Positions 11,548 to 23,996 of a DNA stretch of 64,000 nucleotides are shown here, piece after piece. The notes beneath the pieces were generated by a model. The model did no database searches. It saw nothing but the letters and a program-made list of their open reading frames with translations, and was not told the DNA's origin. Each line of letters opens with the position of its first letter. The first letter of the stretch is position 1. The stretch comes from Eledone cirrhosa (Eukaryota). The translations under genes were made by a program, and so were the position numbers. Location of the stretch: NCBI GenBank assembly GCA_964016885.1, contig OZ024743.1, forward strand, positions 355,632,001 to 355,696,000. Direction: 5' to 3'.

Positions 11548-13672
11548 TTTCTTTATTAACCACAAGGGTTTACATAAAGTAGATATTAAGGACAGTACAG
11601 GACAATACAGGGCGGTACAAATGGGCATTTCTGCGTGTAAAAAAGAACAAGAAACAGAGGATGTAATAATAGAACAATGAAAAAAATTCCCCAATAGGGG
11701 GTAGACTTCCGAGGGACATTCGTGGAGAAACCCCATTAAAAAGCCACAGTGACCCTGACCACCAGGGCAAGTGCCCTCTCCCAGTTTTCCACCTTTAATT
11801 TACAGACACCTACTCAGAGTAGGCCCATTCACCCGGGCCATTCTTGCCTCCGTCACCCATCTTTCAACAAAATGCTGGGAAGAGAGCACTTCCCTCTCTA
11901 CTCTGATTTTCCTTTTCAAATGAAATTTAAAAAAGTTAATCAGGGCATCACCGAAGAGGTAAGTGCTCGTCTTCAGCCCTTTCAAACGTGTCCACCATAC
12001 TATCTCTTTCGCCATGGCCACCAAACAGATAAAAACTGCCTGCCCTTCCCGGCTAAAGGAAGAAGGCGGGGCAATCCTCACGATGGACTCAGCTGATAGC
12101 TGGATCCGTCCTACACGCGACAGCAGGTGTTCGACATAAACCCACGAGTCAGCAATGCTCGGACAGTGGACGAGTGCGTGCAGGACGGTTTCGTCGCCCT
12201 GCGCGCATCTCGGACCTGCCGGACATGCTCGGACATGCTCTCCATGCCTGTAGCGTTTATCCCGAACTGGCAAAGCTCCTCGGTAGCACTGCCAGGCAAT
12301 GGATTTCTGGAAGTTGTCCATAGGCCCCGGCCCGAAAGTTCTTCCGAAGAGATTGGCTAGTTGATTTTCGTCGACGCCTAGAGTTTCCCCAAGTACGTCG
12401 TCGCTCTTCCCCTCCACTAATCCTCTATAGAACGCCAAGTTGGAGTTTCCACCGATCACATTGCCCGATTGATCGAGGGCTGTGAGCGCCTGAAGACATT
12501 GCAGTCTCCAAGCGCTCCCTCTCGGTCTTCGCTTGACCCAGGACTGCAGCTCCGTCAAGGAGACGAGCTGGGGAAAGACGCGTCTAGCAAACGGCGACCA
12601 CACCTAAGCACCGTCGAGGAAGAGGTGGAGATGTCGTAGCCTGAGCGCGTGTCTACGCAACATCAGCCACGGCATGCCCAGCCTTCTACGTAGCGGGTAT
12701 TGACAGCAGATGGACCGCCTGACCATCGGAGCGCGTCCCTTCCACAAAATGTGAAAGAGCAAACGCTCCAGCGCAGTCAGGCGGGGCTTAGGACAAGGTA
12801 CGACGGTCAGGCAGTAGTAGATGACAGACGCGATGTACGCGTTAGCCACCTCCGCTCGACCTTTCAGGGATAGCTTCCTCTCCGCCCATTTCTGGGTGAG
12901 AGAAGCCACCCTGCTCGTCACTTCGTCCCAGTTTTTGTCCGTCTGGAGGTCCGGAACGAACCAGACCCCTAGCAATTTAACCGGTCAGCCGCCCTCAGGA
13001 CTGCCGCTAGGTAACGATGGTCGACTCTATCGAAATCTTTCGACTGATCTAAATTGATCAAGGACCCACCCGTGCCAGGTTCCCTAGCTACCCTCTCGAC
13101 GATGTATCGCATGAGGTGGAGGTTGTCGTGGATGGATCTGTCGGGAATGGCGCATGTCTGCGCCTCTCCCACCAGACCACCAACGACAAGCGCCAACCTC
13201 CTTGCTAGCACCTTGGCCAAAACCTTGAACTCTGTGTTTAGTAGAGTTATGGTTTTGAAATTATCTATGTTATCCCCCTTGTTCGGATCCTTTCTCAGCA
13301 GCGCCACCGCTCCTCAGCTAACAGAGCTGGGAATTCTCCCGTTCTGTTGCCAGTTGCAGTAGACGTACGTCAAGAGGCCTACAAACAAGTCTGACATCTG
13401 TACGTAAAGTTCATAGGTCAGACCATCCAAACCAGGCGATTTACCCCTTGTGCAGCCAGTCATTGCCCCCGTACTTCAGCGCCTGTTATCGGCTTTTCGC
13501 AACACTCCGCCTCAGTGGCCGAGAGCCGCGACAGTCCGTCTAGGTAGACATTAAAGTCCATCCCTCGATCCGGCCCGCCTCTGCCCCCGAATAACTGGAC
13601 GAAGTGTCGCTGAAAAGCTTCACACATTTGCCCGGGATCGAGTAGCATGCGCCCGTCGTGGTCCACCAAAGA
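11546..13672 (-). pseudogene. 5'-truncated, decayed second copy of the same Tx1-like element
   Basis: Closely matches ~5484-8032 of copy 1. It has an in-frame stop near 12604, a ~420-bp deletion at ~12986 (copy-1 6926 joined to ~7345, removing the QGCPLS/YADD core) and further lesions. Confidence 0.92.
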
Positions 13673-14700
13673 CTCGTCTTGTGGAACATGTTGTAGATAT
13701 TTAATAGCTTCCTAATCTTCCTATCCATTTCTTTTTGTTCACCAACATTCCGTCTCAGAATTCCCGCACTGTACCTAATAATAGACACAGCTCGGGAATT
13801 TACTGCACTTATGGCATTCCTACTGTTCAGATGTGATTTTAATACGCTCCTTATTCTCCGAATGTATTCAGTTCTTATCAATTCCTTCATTTTTTTTTTT
13901 GTTCTTAATGTCATCTGCCTCCAGAACACCTAAATATTTGTATCCTTCTTCAGTGTCAATTTCCTTTATCATCTCACCTGTTGGTACCTGGATTCCGTTG
14001 CTTCTGCTCAATTTACCCTCTTCATCACAAGGACTCCACACTTATTAATACCAAATTGCATACATATATCATTGCTGAAAATATGGACAGTTTCAACAAG
14101 TACATCCAACTCCTTCTCACTCTTCCCGAAGAGCTTAAGATCGTCCATGAAGAGGAGGTGATTGATGGTAAGCTCTCCCTTTCCCAACTTGTATCCTGCT
14201 CTCACTTTTCGCAGTATAATGGTCAGGGGTATCAGGGCAAGGACAAACAACAGAGGGGACAAACTATCTCCCTGGAAGATACCTCTCTTGATCTTCACGC
14301 CTCCCAAGGATTCTCCACCCGATGTTAACTCTGTTTTCCAGGACTTCATACTTTTGCTCAACAACTGTCTGATGTTTTCTGTCACCTTGAAGATCTCTAG
14401 GCTTTTGTTTATCTATTGAAGATCTCTAGGCTTTTGGTTATCTTTTGTAGTCTATCCATCCCATGGCAAGACCAGTGTGTCTCCTCTTGCAATTCCTCAT
14501 TACCATCAATAAGTAACTGGTCCTTTGTTCCACAGGACTTCTTTCGTCATCCTTTCTGTTCGTCCGGTAACAAGTTGTTTGTGTGGAGATGATGGTAGAT
14601 TTCCTCAGACATAATGCTTGTTAACAGTTTCCACATTACGGACAGACATGTGATAGGTCTATAGTTGGTAACATCATTACCCTTGATTCGGTCTTTCATT
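13673..14700 (-). pseudogene. Decayed RT fragment of an RLE-type (R4/Dong-like) non-LTR retrotransposon
   Basis: Frameshifted pieces NYRPITCLSVMWKLLT, PDEQKG, WIDYK, RGIFQGDSLSPLLF, HLLFMDDLKLF, FGINKC, EYIRRIRSVLKSHLNSRN..AVNSRAVSIIRYSAG. Cut by a SINE at 14701 and fused to Tx1 copy 2 at 13672. Confidence 0.82.
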
Positions 14701-15380
14701 ATAGGGTCGGACGCCATGCTTTCCAGCATAGTTACGTCCCTTTACGATCTGAGTTCAAATCCTGCCGAGGTTGACTTTGCCTTTCATCCTTACGGGGTCG
14801 ATAAAATAAAGTACCAGTAATGCACTGGGTGATTTCTGGCCTTGTGCCTAAAGTAGAAACAATTATTATTATTAACTTTGCCTTTCATCCTTACGGGGTC
14901 GATAAAATAAAGTACCAGTAATGCACTGGGTAATTGCTGGCCTTGTGCCTAAAGTAGAAACAATTATTATTATTAACTTTGCCTTTCATCCTCTTACGGG
15001 GTCGATAAAATAAAGTACCAGTAATGCACTGGGTGATTTCTGGCCTTGTGCCTAAAGTAGAAACAATTATTATTATTAACTTTGCCTTTCATCCTTACGG
15101 GGTCGATAAAATAAAGTACCAGTAATGCACTGGGTAATTGCTGGCCTTGTGCCTAAAGTAGAAACAATTATTATTATTAACTTTGCCTTTCATCCTTACG
15201 GGGTCGATAAAATAAAGTACCAGTAATGCACTGGGTAATTGCTGGCCTTGTGCCTAAAGTAGAAACAATTATTATTATTAACTTTGCCTTTCATCCTCTT
15301 ACGGGGTCGATAAAATAAAGTACCAGTAATGCACTGGGTAATTGCTGGCCTTGTGCCAAAAGTAGAAACAATTATTATTA
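14701..15380 (+). repeat. tRNA-derived SINE followed by a tandem array of its 3' half (6 units of 101-103 bp)
   Basis: B-box GAGTTCAAATCC at ~14751. Units start (A/G)ACTTTGCCTTTCATCC at 14773, 14874, 14975, 15078, 15179 and 15280. Confidence 0.9.
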
Positions 15381-15542
15381 ATAATAATAATAAATATATA
15401 AAGTTATTTATTGATGATGTTTTTAATATTCAATTTATTTATTTTGTTGTTGCCTACTTTGTCAGGGAAATGGCAGACAGATATCAATGAAGTTGTCACT
15501 GTATGACACTATATAGATGATAGAAACAGTAGCGAGATGAGG

Positions 15543-15595
15543 TCATCGTGATAACATCATCATCGTCATCGTCATCATCGTCATCGTCATCATCG

Positions 15596-15633
<38 letters not shown>

Positions 15634-16045
15634 GTCATCATCATCATCGTCATCATCGTCATCATCATCATCATCGTCATCGTCATCATCGTCATCATCG
15701 TTATCATCGTCATCGTCATCATCATCATCATCATCATCGTCATCATCATCATCGTCATCATCGTCATCATCATCATCATCGTCATCGTCATCATCGTCAT
15801 CATCGTTATCATCGTCATCGTCATCATCGTCATCGTCATCATCGTCATCATCGTCATCGTCATCATCATCATCATCATCGTCATCGTCATCATCATCGTC
15901 ATCGTCATTGTCATCATTATCCTAGCCATCGTCATCATAGTCATCAACATCGTCATCATCATCATCGTCTTAATGTTTGTCATAGTCAACATCACCGTTA
16001 TAGTCATCATCATCATCGTTATAGTCATCTTTATTATAGTCATCA
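15543..16045. repeat. (CAT/CGT)n microsatellite
   Basis: Directly visible. Confidence 0.95.
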
Positions 16046-16047
16046 AA

Positions 16048-16228
16048 GTGGCGGGGGATTGGCAGTATCGGCAGGTAGAGGTAGACGTCATGCTTTGCAG
16101 CATAGAGTTACGGCCCTTTACGGACTGAGTTCTAATCCCGCCAAGGTTAACTTTGCCTTTCATCCTTACAGGGTCGATAAAACAAAGTACCAGTGATACA
16201 CTGGTTGCCAAAAGTAGAAACAATTATT
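16048..16228 (+). mobile_element. tRNA-derived SINE, family A
   Basis: A-box TGGCAGTATCGG, B-box GAGTTCTAATCC, central GCCTTTCATCC..GGGTCGATAAAA..AGTACCAG (Meta-domain-like, from memory), AT-rich tail. Confidence 0.85.
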
Positions 16229-16381
16229 CTAGTCATCAACATCATCATTATCATCGTCATCATTATTGTCATAGTGGTCATAATCTCATCCTAGTCATCA
16301 ACATCATCGTCATCATCATCTTCCTCATTATCATAGACATCGTCAACATCATCAATATCATCGATGTTACTATCATCACCG

Positions 16382-16455
<74 letters not shown>

Positions 16456-16485
16456 TGTTGTTGTAATGGTGGATGTTGGCGGTAA

Positions 16486-16560
<75 letters not shown>

Positions 16561-16573
16561 CAGCAGCAGCGGC

Positions 16574-16638
<65 letters not shown>

Positions 16639-16726
16639 CAGCAGCAGCAGCGGCAGTAGTAATAGTAGTAGTAGTAGGAGTAGTAGTAGTAGTAGTAGTA
16701 GTAGTAGCAGTAGCAGCAGCAGCGGC

Positions 16727-16759
<33 letters not shown>

Positions 16760-16760
16760 C
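16382..16760. repeat. (TAG)n/(CAG)n compound microsatellite
   Basis: Directly visible. Confidence 0.95.
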
Positions 16761-16829
16761 AGAGATCGAAGAGAACTATGTTGATGGTTAGCTGCTAGCA
16801 TAGTAATGGAGTGATATTATCAGAAGCAG

Positions 16830-17985
16830 TTTTACGGTCTGAGTTCAAATCCCGCCGAGGTCAGCTTTACCTTTCATCCTTACGGGGTCGATAAAATAAA
16901 GTACCAGTAATACACTGGTTTAATTGCTGGCCTTGTGCCAAATGTTGAAACAGTTATGAGAAGCAGTTTTGATTGTTGTTGCTATTGTACCAGTTTAGCC
17001 CTAGATCAGCCCTGATCACTCAGACCTATAATTGTTTCTATTTTAGGCACAAGGCCAGCAATTACCAGTACATTACTGGTACTTTATTTTATCGACCCCG
17101 TAGATGTTCCTTCCATGCACATCCCATCTTTCTTTTTGTTTATTAAATCCAGATTGCCTGAAAACAGTATACAGAACTACATTATGTAGCCCTTCATTTT
17201 TTTTTTTTGGTTTTGTTTTGACCCGATTTGAGGGATATTTGGTTACTACTTTTAGCATCTCAAACGAGCGCTTAGAGACTCCAATAAAGTAACAGGTGGT
17301 GGTGGTAAGGATAGGTGGAGTAGGTAGTACTATTAGGAAAACCAGAATTAGTAGTGTAACAATACATGTTATCATTAGTAACACTAAAAACTGTTATTAT
17401 TATTGTTGCTGCAGAGTTCAAATTTGAGTTCAAATCCCGCCGAGGTTGACTTTGCTTTTCATCCTTACGGGGTCGATAAGATAAAGTACCAGTAATGCAC
17501 TGGGTAATTGCTGGCCTTGTGCCTAAAGTAGAAACAATTATTGTTGCTGCAGAGTGGTGGATTGGCAGTATCGGTAGAGGGTCGGACGCCATGCTTTGCA
17601 GCATAGAGTTATGCCCCTTTATAATCTAAGTACAAATCCCGCCGAGGTTAACTTTGCCTTTCATCCTTACGGGGTCGATAAAATAAAGTACCAGTCATGC
17701 ACTGGGGTCGATTTAATCGACTTTCCCCTCCCCCAAAATTGCTGGCCTTGTGCCTGTATAAGACATCATTATTGTTGCTGCAGGGTGGTGGATTGGCAGT
17801 ATCGGTAGAGAGTTGGACGCCATGCTTTGCAGCATATAGTTACGGCCTTTTATGGTCTGAGTTCAAATCCTACCGAGGTTAACTTTGCCTTTCATCCTTA
17901 CGGGATCGATAAAATAAAGTATACCAGTAATGCACTGGGATAATTTTTGGCCGTGTGCCAAAAGTAGAAACAATTATTATTGTTG
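16830..17985. mobile_element. Cluster of family A SINEs: 16830-16955 (+), 17030-17102 (-), 17410-17545 (+), 17550-17772 (+), 17780-17985 (+)
   Basis: Repeated match to the same ~200-220-bp consensus. Confidence 0.85.
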
Positions 17986-18279
17986 CTGTAGTTTCTGGTC
18001 GTACTCTTGATGTTTAGGTCCAGATTGGGCCTGATTCATTCAGCAGACATATGAACAAAGGTGTCGGTAAACACAGCGTCTTTTTCTATGATATATAGGC
18101 CTACCTCATCCAATGTTTTTAATACTTAAATTTGTAAAGTATGTTTCAAGTAAAATTTGACTACCATTTATAGCAGTTCCAGTGACCATGTAGTGGCTCC
18201 GTCACCAGCTCGTGTCGTTATAATTGTTAATTCAGCTGTAGTTACTGTTTCTTTTACGACGTGGCAATCGGGGAATAGA

Positions 18280-18480
18280 TTATCTAGTACGAAGAATAAG
18301 AAGACCTTGGTTACCTTTAGCCAGACATATGTAAGAGCAATCTAAACAAGTTGCATATTGATCATAAGAAATGGGAAAGGATTGCAAATTACGAAACAGC
18401 TTGGAGGGCAACAGTCAACATTGGTGTTATTATTTCGGAACGGGAAACATAAACAGCTTTCCAGTTAAAACGTCAAAAGA
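18280..18480 (+). pseudogene. Decayed RTE-clade LINE C-terminal fragment
   Basis: RRPWLP..DICKSNLNKLHIDHKKWERIANYETAWRATVNIGV resembles the RTE C-terminal motif. Confidence 0.5.
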
Positions 18481-18591
18481 CAAATTAATCCCAACAAGAT
18501 GTACCATACTGGTCTAAAGTTGCTGCGGAAATGTATAAGGTTGATGCTCAGATAGTCTACAGGACATAAAAAGGGACACACACACACATAC

Positions 18592-18641
<50 letters not shown>

Positions 18642-18642
18642 T

Positions 18643-18710
<68 letters not shown>

Positions 18711-18716
<6 letters not shown>

Positions 18717-18906
18717 ATATAGAGTTATAAACTCAAACAGTCTTTTACAATTAAATAGCTCAAAGAAAGAACTATTTCTGAGCCGTGAAATACAAGTTTA
18801 TACGATATTAACAATATTAACTTGTATTTCACGGCTCAGAAATACTTCTTTCTTTGAGCTATTTAATTGTAAAAGACTGTTTGAGTTTATAACTCTATAT
18901 ATTGTA
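18711..18906. repeat. Fold-back inverted repeat, ~88-bp arms, ~20-nt spacer
   Basis: TACAATATATAGAGTT..TACAAGTT / AACTTGTA..AACTCTATATATTGTA. The left end abuts (TA)n. Confidence 0.9.
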
Positions 18907-19542
18907 TTAACGGCTCCTTTTGTTGAGCAAAATTTTAGTCCCATAAAAACGGCTGTTATTTCTAGCAGCACGAGTATGGGAATAGCTAGGAACTGAAAAA
19001 CCATGTGCGTTAATACTTGACTATCAGTCCTCCTAAGTATTTCGAGGTGAAACATAGCAATTATTCTGGATACTTGCCGATGAGCACAGTAAATGGAATC
19101 TTTCACTCTCTCACTTATCTTTGCGAAACTTATTTGGGTTTTAAAATTTAAACCTATCTACGGAACAGGTTTGAGTTTTGAAATTTAAATTTGTCCAGGT
19201 ATCACGGCTATTGCCAATATGGGTTTGTTTTTATTGATTTATTATTTTAAATCGAGACAGGCAAACTGTATTAACCTAATTAGTATTTTTCAATCTAGCT
19301 AACTTGGTCATTTGCAATACAAACACTTATATGATTGTATTAGAGTTTATCATATATTAATGTATATTAACTTGTATATATATATATAATACAATATCTT
19401 GAGAAGGTAACACACTAGAGAGAGATAGTGCACCATCAATAAAACATATATGTATGTAAAAGGTAAACAGAAATAGCAACACAACCGGTACAGTATATGG
19501 TAGGGATATATTAGGTTAACGCTTGATATAGCAGGAAGAGGG

Positions 19543-19578
19543 TCTTAACGTTTCGGACGCTAGTCCTTCATCAGAAGA
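19543..19578 (-). ncRNA. Minimal hammerhead ribozyme, solo
   Basis: TCTT-CTGATGA-A-GGAC(TAGC)GTCC-GAAACGTT-AAGA, with palindromic AACGTT at stem III. Confidence 0.72.
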
Positions 19579-19811
19579 AAGAATGTGAAATAAGATAGAT
19601 TGAAGGGGCGGGCGTGCTGGAATTGGAAAAAATGTCTTTAGATAAAAATAACAGGTCCTTTCATGTTGACATCTCTTGCAAAACTGTTGGTGCTGGCGTT
19701 TTGTGCATGATTTATTTTTTTAGAAAAGTGGATGATGGACTGCGTCTACCTGAAATGGAAAAAAAACTGTTTTGTAAAAATAACTATACTTGTGCACGTG
19801 CGTAAGCATGC

Positions 19812-19903
<92 letters not shown>

Positions 19904-20148
19904 ATACGTCCGTACGAAGCTAAGAAGAAATGTGTGTGTATATGTGAGTAAAAGAGTGTGTGTGCATGTAAGTAAGAAGCTATGAGCAAAAGTATGTTAA
20001 TATAAGGGTGTGTATGTGTGTATGCAGAGCAGTGAAGGGAAAAGTGGAGTGATCATATATAGTCGGCCTGTATTAGTTGTAAGAAAAGATGTTAACGATC
20101 AAGAGAAAGCGATAGGAATCTAGGGGTGTGATAATGGAAATTAGAGAA

Positions 20149-20199
<51 letters not shown>

Positions 20200-20238
20200 T
20201 TATAAATCTTTGTTGTTCTCTCCAGTATTTTAAATATG

Positions 20239-20356
<118 letters not shown>

Positions 20357-20599
20357 CATATTTAAAATACTGGAAAGAACAACAAAGATTTATAAATACA
20401 TGTATATATTTAATGGCTAACTATATGATTGTTTTTTCTGCATATTATACGATTGTTGAACTATCTTTCTTCCTATCTAATGGCATGGCTCGCTAGTCTA
20501 ACAATCTATATGCATTAAGCGCACTAACCTCTATACTGGCTAGTAATCGGCATAACTAATCACCTTTCTCTCCTCTTGATTAGCTTATTTGCTTTTTAA

Positions 20600-20672
<73 letters not shown>

Positions 20673-20903
20673 AAGAAAGCTTGGTTAGAAACCAGGTGGA
20701 CCATAACGCACCAAAGAACTCGATACTTAGAGTAGTAGAGTGCGTAATAGGAAAAGAATCAGGACACCGACGGCTGATCTCCGGCTGTTTCGACAGCTAG
20801 ATCCGATCTAGCTGTCGAAACAACCGGAGCTCAGCCGTCGGAGTCCTGACTTTTTTCATATATATATATTGAAAATTGCAAACTTGACTGTCACCACACA
20901 TTA

Positions 20904-20942
20904 TGAACCTGAAGATTGCGAAAGCATGAAAGTACTTGTTCA
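20904..20942 (+). ncRNA. Minimal hammerhead ribozyme, solo
   Basis: TGAAC-CTGAAGA-TTGC(GAAA)GCAT-GAAA-GTAC-TT-GTTCA, with a 5-bp stem I and palindromic AAGTACTT. Confidence 0.75.
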
Positions 20943-21313
20943 ATTAACACTTAACATTTAATATTCTATCATACTATTTCATTATAATACTATTACAAAT
21001 TTTAAAGGATTGTAAATAAAACGAGTAAATCAGACAAAGTTGGAATTCCTCTTATTAATATATATATTTTAAAACTGAACTATCCACAAGTGTTTTTTAA
21101 CCTTCATATCATGTCCTCCTGTTTTATCTGATGAAAACACAAATATTATTGCATGATGATATTTGTTTTTGAAATGCGCATAATAAAATACATGGAACTC
21201 CTTTAACCATCTTTTGTTCTTATATATTATGTATACTCCAATCCTACAAACTGTAGAGTGCTTCTTATCCGATATCTGCATTGCTTTATTGTACTACAAT
21301 AAAACTCACCTCC

Positions 21314-21359
<46 letters not shown>

Positions 21360-21362
<3 letters not shown>

Positions 21363-21760
21363 TCATCATTATCAAAGCCGTACCATACACAAGAGGAGGA
21401 GGGCCCTGCAACTTGTGCTCGGCCGAGGCACCTTGCATACTGCTCGACAAGAACACATTATTAAATAAGTAATCTGAACTAGTGACCAAAATTTGTACAA
21501 AAATTGTACCTATGTCCCAGACTAACTGACAGTCCTGGAGTCTAATGATCCACACCTACTAAGCACCGGAACTCCGAACCATTTAAGCCGGCGCAGTGAC
21601 TTGTACCTGGACTTAGCCTGAACTTACACTCCTGCCCAAACACCTGCACTTACCCTCGGGAACCCACCTGGCGAGACTCCGGTGGACCATATCTCACTCT
21701 CCCACTCTTCTAGTATATCCACCTATTAACTACGATCTACCACAACCAACCACTGCTCAC
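21360..21760 (+). mobile_element. Decayed 3' fragment of a PLE (C-terminus of GIY-YIG domain + 3' UTR)
   Basis: IIKAVPYTRGGGPCNLCSAEAPCILLDKNTLLNK*SELVTK aligns by eye to the 42-kb element C-terminus (KSHPYTPHSRVCNLCLAE..LLNRKSEIFS). Begins at a (TA)n tract. The 3' boundary is approximate. Confidence 0.65.
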
Positions 21761-21997
21761 CTCGTAAGTTTCTTTTTACATACTATACCTCCCATGTGTA
21801 TATGTCTAGTTAACTTTACCACATTCATCTTCTCTGATACTTGTATGGGTGTATAAATGTAGCACGTACATATGTGTGTGTGCATGTCTATGATACACGT
21901 AGGCGCTTGTGTGTAGACAATTTCTCCATCCCCTTTCCCCATATGGACATGCATGGGCCTATGTGCATGCATGTAAGACTGTGTATGAGCATGTGCG

Positions 21998-22028
<31 letters not shown>

Positions 22029-22975
22029 CAGGTTTTGTTTTTAGTCCTGCAGGATGTCCAAAGTCACCCTCCTCACCAAGAAACCTTGGTGGGGTGCCAG
22101 TTTAGTCGCCAACGACCCGACCATGAGACAGGTTGTACTGGAATACATGTTACCAGTAGCACCAACTGGCAAAGGAGCTCTTAAGAGTCAATGGCCATCC
22201 AAAATCACCGAGAGAGATGACCCCTTAGCCTTTGTCAAGGCAGAATTCTAGGAGAAGGAAAACTCTGATATAACACCTGCAACCCTGATGGTATCCAATG
22301 ATGTTGACTTGTTTTTCTTTTTGGTAAATATCATCTTGGTTAAGAGAGTGGGACTGGCTTTGTGCAGTGCCTTTGCTCACTATAAAAGCTTCACGGCACA
22401 GGCATTGCTTTATATCTGGAGATCTCTCTGCACTTGTCGTCACATGGTACCATGGGCCCAGCACTATGTGTCAATAATTGTCACAAGTGTTGTGTTTGTA
22501 CCAGAGTTTTCAAGTCGCTGGCTGGACTAAAAAGTCACACTCGTTCAGCGCATCGGTAGAGGTTCTCCTACATGGATATAATGTAGTGGCCGTACTCGAA
22601 AACGAGTTGGCAGCCACCATATATATATATATATACGCACATGCACATACACAGTCATACATGCATGCACATAGGCCCATGCATGTCCATATTGGGAAAG
22701 GGGATGGAGAAATTGTCTATATATATATGTATGTATGTATATGTGTATGTATGTGCTTGTACATGGCTGTGCATATATGAGTACACGCGGGTATGTGAAT
22801 GTACATGTACGTGTGTGTGTGTGTGTGTATGTATGTGTATGTGTGCAGACGTGTAGGTATGTGTCTATGTATGAATGTGTTTGTGCCTCTGTATGCATAT
22901 TATATCCACTAATCTATCCACCTACTCATTTATTTACTCTCTAAATTTTCCTTCACCCCATTCCTTACATTAAAA

Positions 22976-23167
22976 TAATTGTTTCTACTTGTGGCACAAG
23001 GCCAGCAATTACCCCAGTGCATTACTGGTACTTTATTTTATCGACCCCGTAAGGATGAACGGCAAAGTTAACTTCGTTTGGATTTGAACTCAGAACGTAA
23101 AGGGCCATAACTCTATGTTGCAAAACTTGGTGTCTGACACTCTACCGAGACTGCCAATCCACCGCTC
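22976..23167 (-). mobile_element. Family A SINE
   Basis: Full-length reverse-complement match to the consensus. Confidence 0.85.
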
Positions 23168-23996
23168 TAGCCAATCCTTACATTAAAATAATAATTGATT
23201 TCTTTATCTATGTATTTCTGTGTAAAACTTTCTAAAAGTTCCCAGTATACTGTTGTGTGTGCCTCTGTGTATGCAGTATACATACACATAATACATACAC
23301 TTTATTATTGGTTACCAACCCATCTTATCCACTTTACCTATTTTTAAACCCTTATATTTTATCCTATTATATCCTATTCATTCATCTATTTATTAATTGA
23401 CTTAACCATTTGTCCATTTACTTCTATATAACCCACTTTTTATCTTCTATTTTATTTTTTTCTTAAAACACTCCTTCAAACTTTAGGCCCTGTCTACATA
23501 TAGTTTTACCCTTAAGCCCCTCCACCTCCTATTCCCATGACCATTATACCCCTACTCAACTCTATCCTACTAACAACCCTGCCCCATTACTTTCTTCTCC
23601 TAACCCCTTGCCTATCCAGATACACTTACCATTTTCTGCCCCCCTCCATCAGCCCAGTTTACTACTATGATAAAATCAACCAAAGCACTACCAAGGCTAG
23701 TGACCTGTTTTTACACACCCTACAAATATTGCTTCACCCTTAGAAAGGCTTGCTGAATACACTAGACGAAACCGCTTGGCGCTGTGGTCGGAATTTTACA
23801 TATCACTATACCCATTCCGCATCTCTCCGTGCATTGGGTTTTCCCATGATTAGTGGTCTCTCCGGTCTCAGTAGACTCTCTCTGGTTCTCTCTCTCTCTC
23901 TTGTCTCTCTCTTCTCTCTCTCTCTCTCCCTCTCTCTCTCTCTCTCTCAATATATATATATATATATATATTGTTATACTCAATATATATATATAT

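Noticed and set aside
14773-15380. CRISPR-like regularly spaced repeats
   Set aside because: There are no unique spacers, the units are SINE 3' halves, and the context is eukaryotic.
17550-17650. tRNA genes at the A/B-box motifs
   Set aside because: No complete cloverleaf. These are SINE heads always followed by the same SINE body.
23745-23790. CTGAATA...GACGAAAC hammerhead-like motif
   Set aside because: The core deviates and no consistent stems were found.
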